Part shown: positions 57,665 through 64,000 of the stretch, piece by piece | Layout: each line of letters opens with the position of its first letter | How positions within the stretch are numbered: the first letter of the stretch is position 1 | Source: Candidatus Nanoarchaeia archaeon | GTDB lineage: Archaea; Nanobdellota; Nanobdellia; Woesearchaeales; JANQNC01 | DNA: 64,000 nt | Assembly (NCBI GenBank): GCA_028279745.1 | Contig: JANQNC010000001.1 | Span: forward strand, 914,154-978,153 | Reading direction: 5' to 3' | Translations under genes and position numbers: made by a program | Notes under the pieces: model-generated | What the model saw: only the letters and a program-made list of their open reading frames with translations | Told to the model about the DNA's origin: nothing | Databases searched by the model: none

Positions 57665-58330
57665 TCAGAACTCACCTAAACTCTTCTGGTCTTTTGCATC
57701 TGCTACTTTTTTGTAAGAAGCCCAAGTCTGTCTAAATATTTTTTTATGCTTTTTCCAGCTCTTTTCCAAGAATTCTTTAGTTAAAGGATCAGAAGGGTAG
57801 CCAGAACCAAAATTAACCTTGATCTTTTTCTTTATCTCTTCAATCAGTCTATCCCTGGTAACTTTAGCAAGAATAGAAGCAGCACCAACAACAGGATAGA
57901 TCGCATCTGCTTTGTGTTCTGTGACTAAGTTAGTTTCAACACCCAGTTTTTCTTTAACATAGTTATTGTAAGCTTCAGGATTATTGCTTGGACAGTCAAG
58001 GATAGTCTTATCAGGAATAGGTTTTATGTAGTTCACAATCTCTGCCGACTTATCAGCTTCCAACCAGTTTAAGTTACTGTCTTTACTGTTTAAGGTGTCG
58101 TCTATTTCGCTAGGTTCAATGACAAGAATGACATGATTCTTAGCAATCTCCTGAACAGTTTCGAATAATTCCTCTCTTTTGTGAGGGAGAATGTCCTTGC
58201 TATCTTTAACGCCAATATTTCTAAGCCTTTCTTCATCTTTCTCATCAATCAAGACCCCTGCAATAACTAAAGGACCAATAACTGGGCCTCTTCCAGCCTC
58301 ATCAATGCCAAGTACTAATGCCATAAGCAT
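57665..58330 (-). CDS. rnhB: Ribonuclease HII
   Basis: LGIDEAGRGPVIGPLV N-terminal motif; 221 aa. Confidence 0.9.
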   Translation of the reverse strand: MLMALVLGIDEAGRGPVIGPLVIAGVLIDEKDEERLRNIGVKDSKDILPHKREELFETVQEIAKNHVILVIEPSEIDDTLNSKDSNLNWLEADKSAEIVNYIKPIPDKTILDCPSNNPEAYNNYVKEKLGVETNLVTEHKADAIYPVVGAASILAKVTRDRLIEEIKKKIKVNFGSGYPSDPLTKEFLEKSWKKHKKIFRQTWASYKKVADAKDQKSLGEF

Positions 58331-58404
58331 ATTTTGTGAGGTGGAGTTTTTAAGCTTTAGTCTTTTTCAAAACAAAAAGTATATAAATAATCAATCACGA
58401 TTCT

Positions 58405-58728
58405 ATGTGTATGGTAGATATAAAATATTTAGGGATGGAAGATCTTAATGAGGAAGAGCAAAACCTAACAAAACAGTTATCAGAAGAGTACTTCGAAAGA
58501 ATACAAAGAGATCTGAAAAACGAGCTTTGTTTAATAGCGCATATAAAAGTTATGAACACAGGGGGAGAACGTAAAGAGTTCTCAATCTCAGTAAGAACCG
58601 AAGCACCATTACAGATCATAGAAGCTAGTGAAGAAGATTGGAACTTAGAGGTTGGATTGCATAAAGCATACAAAAAACTTGAAAAAGAGATACAACACAA
58701 ATTCCACACTGACAGACAGCATGATTAG
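58405..58728 (+). CDS. Ribosome hibernation promoting factor-like protein (YfiA/HPF family)
   Basis: ~100 aa; C-terminal LHKAYKKLEKEIQHKFHTDRQ resembles HPF C-terminus; low-moderate confidence. Confidence 0.45.
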   Translation: MCMVDIKYLGMEDLNEEEQNLTKQLSEEYFERIQRDLKNELCLIAHIKVMNTGGERKEFSISVRTEAPLQIIEASEEDWNLEVGLHKAYKKLEKEIQHKFHTDRQHD

Positions 58729-58828
58729 TTCTAAAAAAGGCAAGCCTTTTTTATCTAGCAAACAACATAAAATGTTATTTGCTATTCTAGACAATAACTT
58801 TATAAACTAAAAATCTAGTTAGAAGTAT

Positions 58829-59494
58829 ATGCAAAAAATAATAGACATAACAAAACTGTCGAAGTCTTATGATGATAAAGAAGTTGTGCTTAAGGATATT
58901 TCGCTAAGCGTAAAGAAAAAAGAAAACATACTGATAATGGGCAGATCGGGAGCAGGAAAGACGACACTGTTTAAAGTAATCGGATGTTTAGAAAAACCAT
59001 CAAAAGGAAAAGTAAAAGTTCTAGGAAAAGATGTAACTAAGTTGACAATGGATGAGATGTCACAATTGAGATTAACGGAGATAGGTTTTATATTTCAGGA
59101 CTTTAATCTATTGCCTCACTTAACAGCGTATGAAAATATGGAGTTGGTTATGAATCTTGCAGGAAAGAATGAAACAAATAACAGAATAATGAAACTACTG
59201 AAAGACATGGGCATACAAAAAAAGAAAAATAGTTTGCCATCAGAGATGAGTGGTGGTGAAGTAAGAAGGTTGACGATTGCAAGAGCACTAGCAAATAACC
59301 CAAAAGTTGTGTTGGCGGATGAGCCTACATCTAATTTGGATGAGAAAAATTCTAAGAATATAATGAAGCTATTGCTTTCGCTTAATAAAAAGTATAATAC
59401 GAGCATAATAACAATTTCCCACGATCCTCTTGTTAAGAAGTACTTTAGAAAAAAGTATGAGCTTAGAGATGGCAAACTGAAAAAGGTGCGTTAG
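58829..59494 (+). CDS. ABC transporter ATP-binding protein (MacB/LolD/FtsE-like)
   Basis: Walker A GRSGAGKTT, signature MSGGEVRR, Walker B VVLADEPTSNLD. Confidence 0.9.
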   Translation: MQKIIDITKLSKSYDDKEVVLKDISLSVKKKENILIMGRSGAGKTTLFKVIGCLEKPSKGKVKVLGKDVTKLTMDEMSQLRLTEIGFIFQDFNLLPHLTAYENMELVMNLAGKNETNNRIMKLLKDMGIQKKKNSLPSEMSGGEVRRLTIARALANNPKVVLADEPTSNLDEKNSKNIMKLLLSLNKKYNTSIITISHDPLVKKYFRKKYELRDGKLKKVR

Positions 59495-61020
59495 AACCTG
59501 CTTCTTCTAAAAATTACAATTGCAGAAATCATTGAAGTGATAAGAGTGAAAGCTAAAGTGATTATTATGACATGAATGTTCAGTATAGGGTTAATTATTG
59601 AAGAACCCAACCCAATCAATGAAAGTTTTGACATTATAAGGAGAATACTAAATCCAATAAGGATGCCCAGAAATGATGCAAGTAATGTAGCAATAACTAA
59701 TCTGAATAAGAACATAGTAGAGATCTGACTATGTTTGCCGCCCACTTTAGAAATCATAGCTAACTCTTTCCTAGACTCAAAGATCATATTAGCAACAGAG
59801 CTGAAAATAGCAAAAATGCTAGTTATTATTACAATAACGGTGATAACTGCAAAAACATAGATGGCTTCTTTGAATCCTTTTGTTACTAAAAGTGTTAAAA
59901 CATCAGAGTTGTCTTTTAGTGAAACTGAAACAGAAGGTATATCTTTGACTGGTTCGGGAGTTGTTTGTTTTGGTGGGAGGTCTGTTGTGTTAGGTTCTTC
60001 TTTAACTTCGGGTTTGGCAGATGTGTCTGTTAGTTCTTCTGCATCTGCATTTTCTTCTTTAATTTCTATGTTAGGCTCCTCTGGCGCTTCTTCACGTTTT
60101 TCAGGAGGGGGAATATCTTCAATCTCTTCTTCAGGCAAATCTTCTTTGATCTTTTCAATCTCTTCTTTGACATAATCTTCTCTGTCAATCGCTTCACCAA
60201 CCTCCTCAACAGCTTCTTGGATGTACTCTTTTGCAGAAGGCTTGTAACCTAAGAATCTTTTTACTCTTTCTACAAGACTTAATTCTTCTGTTGGGGTGGT
60301 AAGCGAGTTTTGAACTGTGTTTTTATCGAGAAGAACAGACGAAACATCATAAACAGGAGAAGCAGTTATTTTTTTCAAGTCATCTTCTTTAAACAAGGAG
60401 TTGTTAACTTTAAGCCGGGCAACAGAGAAATAATCTTTTTTCGGATTGATGTCTAGGTTCCAGACACTCTCTAAAGGAATCAGAATTTCGGAATCCATCA
60501 AAGAGTACGTTTTGAATATGCCTTTTACTTTAAAGACACCGTAAGTGCTGATTCTCGCAGAAGGTATTATGAAAGTATCATTCACATTAAGATCTAGTTT
60601 TTTTGCAATGTCTTCTCCAATCAATGCAGAGTCGAAATCGTTTTCAGTGATTAGTTCTCCTTCTTTGAGCTCAAAATACTCAGATAGTACAAAGGTATTG
60701 TGAGTTATGCCTCTGATTATTACTGGCTGATCCTTAACAAAACTATAAACAAAAGATTCAGGGCTGACAATGCTTACACCTTCAAGGTTTTTGAAGTGAT
60801 CAATAGTGCTTAGATGAAGCTGACTATTCCTAAAAGAATAAGCGCCTTCCTGAAAAACATAAATTGTATCTTCACCAATGTAGTCATCCATATAGTTCAT
60901 AATAAACAAGAATGAAGAGAAAACACTGAATAAAAGAGCAGTAACGAGGCATAAACTAAACAAACCAAGCAAAAGACGCTTGTTAGGAACAATCCTTGTT
61001 TTTAGTAATTTAATGTTCAT
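59491..61020 (-). CDS. ABC transporter permease (FtsX/MacB-like) with ~110-aa acidic Glu/Pro-rich periplasmic insertion
   Basis: N-terminal TM, large extracytoplasmic domain, C-terminal 3-4 TM FtsX-like; insertion EEVGEAIDRED…PPEKREEAPEEP…. Confidence 0.7.
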   Translation of the reverse strand: MNIKLLKTRIVPNKRLLLGLFSLCLVTALLFSVFSSFLFIMNYMDDYIGEDTIYVFQEGAYSFRNSQLHLSTIDHFKNLEGVSIVSPESFVYSFVKDQPVIIRGITHNTFVLSEYFELKEGELITENDFDSALIGEDIAKKLDLNVNDTFIIPSARISTYGVFKVKGIFKTYSLMDSEILIPLESVWNLDINPKKDYFSVARLKVNNSLFKEDDLKKITASPVYDVSSVLLDKNTVQNSLTTPTEELSLVERVKRFLGYKPSAKEYIQEAVEEVGEAIDREDYVKEEIEKIKEDLPEEEIEDIPPPEKREEAPEEPNIEIKEENADAEELTDTSAKPEVKEEPNTTDLPPKQTTPEPVKDIPSVSVSLKDNSDVLTLLVTKGFKEAIYVFAVITVIVIITSIFAIFSSVANMIFESRKELAMISKVGGKHSQISTMFLFRLVIATLLASFLGILIGFSILLIMSKLSLIGLGSSIINPILNIHVIIITLAFTLITSMISAIVIFRRSRF

Positions 61021-62105
61021 CGTGCTTTCCTCTTGTGATTAAACTTAAACCTTGAAGCTTTGTGCGCAATATAGAGTGAGCTTAAGAAACCAGTTGCTAC
61101 ACTTATTATGAATGCATATCCGACTGTAGCAAAAGAGGTTACAGGCCAGATAATGTCACTTCTGCTAATCAATCCAAATATAACCATTAATGCATTAGAG
61201 ATTAAGAATCCTAAGATGGTGCCTGCAAAGAATCCTGCAAGAGCAAGAACAACAGTCTCTAAAACAATCAACCACATTATGTTGTTCTGCTTCATACCGA
61301 TGTTTAACAGGAGCTTAATCTCATTTCTTCTCTCATAAATTGTGATATTCATAAGGTTGATTAAAGACAGGAGAATTATGGTTGCTATAACGATTAAAAT
61401 TTGACTTAATGATTTTTCAAGAAGCACAGCACTTTCTTTGAAGTAAGAAGAGACAGCACCACCTCTTACAGTTGTTGCAGTATAATCATATCTGGTTAAT
61501 AGGTTTTCAAGATCATCATAATTTCTATAACTGACAACAACTTCAACCAAGTTATATTCATTGTCTAAGTCAGGGATTATGAAAGAAGGGTTAATACCTC
61601 TCCAAGGAGCAAACAAACCAGAGATGATGAAAGTTTTCCCATTAATCTGGACAGAGTCATTAACTTTTAGACTATTCTTTTTAGCAAATATCTCATCAAT
61701 GATAACTTCATCTGTTTTATTGAATAACTGTCCAGTGTGGATATTCACAGCAGGTCGTTCTATGATGTGGTTAAAGTTTCTAAATGTTTTGAGGTCAACA
61801 TGTTTGACAAAAATATCTTTATTATTGAAACTTTCTTCAGTCAGAAGTGCAGGATTTGCAAAATATACATTTTTTGTTCTTACAACTTTATTGAAAAAAG
61901 ATTTATCTGCCGTTTGGTTGATGAAAACAGGAACCATTGTCCTGTAAACTTTACCTTCATACCTTTCGTAAACTTTCTCACTTACACCATCCATAATAGA
62001 AAAAGTTGAAACAAAAAGCATAACAACTAACGCAATCGGGAAAACAATAAGAAAAGACCCAACTTTATTCCTAAGAATATTTTTCTTAATAAGTTTGTCT
62101 ATCAT
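61017..62105 (-). CDS. ABC transporter permease (FtsX-like)
   Basis: Same topology; 4-nt overlap with neighbouring permease gene. Confidence 0.7.
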   Translation of the reverse strand: MIDKLIKKNILRNKVGSFLIVFPIALVVMLFVSTFSIMDGVSEKVYERYEGKVYRTMVPVFINQTADKSFFNKVVRTKNVYFANPALLTEESFNNKDIFVKHVDLKTFRNFNHIIERPAVNIHTGQLFNKTDEVIIDEIFAKKNSLKVNDSVQINGKTFIISGLFAPWRGINPSFIIPDLDNEYNLVEVVVSYRNYDDLENLLTRYDYTATTVRGGAVSSYFKESAVLLEKSLSQILIVIATIILLSLINLMNITIYERRNEIKLLLNIGMKQNNIMWLIVLETVVLALAGFFAGTILGFLISNALMVIFGLISRSDIIWPVTSFATVGYAFIISVATGFLSSLYIAHKASRFKFNHKRKAR

Positions 62106-62434
62106 CCTCTTTTGAAATAATAACTAAAAATGTTATTTATAAATCTTGTTAAGGAAAATGACGCTGGGAGGGAGCTTTTAGGCTCAATTCCAACGCCTAC
62201 GGCAGATTAATATATGTCTCACTTAGCAAAAACTGGTCTGTAGAGTAAATATTTAAATTAATCGGTTTATAAAGAGCATTTAAGGGCTATGCAGGTTTAA
62301 GTCTTAAGTATTCAAATTTCTTATATTTGGTCTTATTGTGCTTTGCGATCTTGCTCATGTAATGATTGATCTTTTGCAATCGCTTTCTTGACTTTTTCGT
62401 CTATGCTTAGTTCTTCATTCATTTTTTATTCCTC

Positions 62435-62932
62435 TTAATCTTTTGGCCATATACCAAATCTTCCTTCATGAAATTCCTCTTCATTTCTGATACCTTCAAT
62501 TTCATCTAAAGAAGGTTTTAGAGAACCTTTTGGTGCATCAAGAGGATCTTTATATGCAAAATCTTTTGGTTTATGATAGTTCTGTTCGATTATATCTTCA
62601 AATCGAACAACTCCTTTATCTCTTAAATTTATTTCACCTTCGTTATGAAGCTTTTTTAGGTGTTCCCAAATTCCGTCTTGTGTGTAAAAAGCATATGGTG
62701 TTTTACTTAATCCTAATTTCTTAGAATTGTATACGTGATCTTTTAACATTCTTCTTACACTACCTGAATGAAAATCTGTTAACCATAAATACATCCACCG
62801 AGTTTCTTTAGCAGTGTATACATTTTTTCCAAGTTTAGCAGATACTCTTTCCCTTATCTCTTCTGGAACTACTGAGCTCATTTTCTTTCCCCCCCCTATC
62901 AGTCTGATTATGAAAAGTGTCCCCCTATACAA
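62435..62932 (-). CDS. Hypothetical protein
   Basis: ORF only. Confidence 0.4.
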   Translation of the reverse strand: MYRGTLFIIRLIGGGKKMSSVVPEEIRERVSAKLGKNVYTAKETRWMYLWLTDFHSGSVRRMLKDHVYNSKKLGLSKTPYAFYTQDGIWEHLKKLHNEGEINLRDKGVVRFEDIIEQNYHKPKDFAYKDPLDAPKGSLKPSLDEIEGIRNEEEFHEGRFGIWPKD

Positions 62933-63294
62933 TCTGATTCTTGTCTACGTAATGTGTATAGATGAAGTCTTGTATTGGGATCTTTTTTTATTTCCCAGTT
63001 GTATCTTGAGTGTGTAACATTCAGCATTTTTTCTACGTATGGCATTGCTTCTTTAACGTTGTCATACATGTTGTTTTCAACAAAAAGTTCTGCAAGTTCT
63101 TCTTTTGAGTATAATGGAGAATATCTAAAATCAGTTATTATTAACCCGATCTCTGATAAGAGATTCCTTATAGGATTTCTTTTGCTCAACAGTATCTTTT
63201 CTAATTTATCGAATGCAAGATCTCTTCTTTCCGATTCTCGAAAAGTATTTTTTTTAGTGCTTAGCACAGCGTTCATTATGTTTTTGTTGTTCAT
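62908..63294 (-). CDS. Hypothetical protein
   Basis: ORF only. Confidence 0.4.
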   Translation of the reverse strand: MNNKNIMNAVLSTKKNTFRESERRDLAFDKLEKILLSKRNPIRNLLSEIGLIITDFRYSPLYSKEELAELFVENNMYDNVKEAMPYVEKMLNVTHSRYNWEIKKDPNTRLHLYTLRRQESDCIGGHFS

Positions 63295-63297
63295 TTT

Positions 63298-63963
63298 CTA
63301 AACCTCAATTGTATTTAGTGATGGTTTTTTGTTGTTGGGTTTTAGCTCCTTGATTTCTTTCTCATATTTTCTTAGTGTTTCCTCTACTGGTGTATAGAAT
63401 CTAGCAGGGCTACTTTCTCCCTTTAATGCGAATTCAAGATTATCATCTACTATCTTGTATATTTCATTTTTTGGATCAAAAGTTGTTGTATAAACCATGT
63501 TAAGATTGGGAGCTAGTATGTGATATCCCATTTCTTGCTGGTTTGACTTATCAGAATCATTGTCGCTTTCTCTTACTTTAAGTTTCACTACTCTTTTAAT
63601 TTGTGCAGTTCTATTTTCTGATTCTACGGAAGGTCTTTTGATAATTTGAAATAGATTTATACTTTTATCTTTTTGAGAAGTCATATATACGTCGCCTTCT
63701 TCAAGGTTACACAATCTGGTTTTTTCTCCGAAGTACTTTATTGCATCTGTCATTGCTTGTTCTTTATCTAAATTAAAATCAGGATCTTTTTTCTGTACTT
63801 TTATTTTAGTATTTTCTAAGAAATTGCTTATATCTGTCAGTTCTTTTTTGTTTTTAGTTTTGTTTCTTATTTCTAGGCTTTGTCTTCCATAAAAGTTTGA
63901 GATGTTGTCTAGATTTTTTGAATTTGATTCCATTACCTTTTTCATGCCGAACAATGAGCACAA
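63298..63963 (-). CDS. Hypothetical protein
   Basis: ORF only; Lys/Glu-rich. Confidence 0.4.
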   Translation of the reverse strand: MCSLFGMKKVMESNSKNLDNISNFYGRQSLEIRNKTKNKKELTDISNFLENTKIKVQKKDPDFNLDKEQAMTDAIKYFGEKTRLCNLEEGDVYMTSQKDKSINLFQIIKRPSVESENRTAQIKRVVKLKVRESDNDSDKSNQQEMGYHILAPNLNMVYTTTFDPKNEIYKIVDDNLEFALKGESSPARFYTPVEETLRKYEKEIKELKPNNKKPSLNTIEV

Positions 63964-64000
63964 TCCTACAAAAGTAGCTAATGTTGCAGTTTGTAAATAA

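Noticed and set aside
62337-62430. Small minus-strand ORF (~30 aa, MNEELSIDEKVKKAIAKDQ…) in the gap before 62435
   Set aside because: Too short and without RBS/promoter context to call. Mentioned only as a possible leader peptide.

Overview
AT-rich archaeal chromosomal segment (roughly one-third GC by eye), most plausibly from a DPANN-type archaeon. Archaeal markers are GatD and GatE (not adjacent), CDC48/VCP, PCNA, a beta-CASP aRNase J-like nuclease, class III signal-peptide (KGQ/KAQ) pilins, and tRNA genes with multiple non-canonical introns. Several bacterial-type genes are mixed in: NrdR, an RsuA/RluB-type pseudouridine synthase, an HPF-like protein, bifunctional-type PurH, and UDP-galactopyranose mutase. 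Gene content in order: (i) a surface-glycan block (nucleotide-sugar dehydrogenase, Glf, GT28-like and GT1-like transferases, a FemAB/CelD-like acyltransferase, polysaccharide deacetylase; further on LmbE-like deacetylase and a GT4 transferase); (ii) GatE/GatD, NIF3, CDC48; (iii) a purine de novo block (GATase of GMP synthase, long PurL, PurQ, PurH split into IMPCH and AICARFT ORFs, PurD, PurN, PurM); (iv) AlaRS, RsuA-like, NrdR; (v) a ~10.5 kb type IV pilus-like locus (39.0-49.6 kb) with five tightly overlapping class III signal-peptide proteins including a 907-aa vWA-domain protein, a Lys/Ala-repeat basic mini-protein, a coiled-coil protein, a FlaI/TadA-like ATPase, two TadC/FlaJ-like membrane proteins and a separately promoted major pilin; (vi) SMC, RNase HII, an ABC exporter (ATPase plus two FtsX-like permeases). 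Three tRNA genes were resolved by hand: tRNA-Arg(CCT) carrying three introns (D-loop, anticodon loop, T-loop), tRNA-Arg(TCT) carrying two introns, and an intronless tRNA-Cys(GCA) flanked by an unusual direct-repeat hairpin and a duplicated copy of its own 3' end. Many secreted or membrane-anchored Cys-rich repeat proteins are scattered through the window. The most unusual things are the multi-intron tRNAs with a shared intronic hairpin module and the pilus/adhesin locus.
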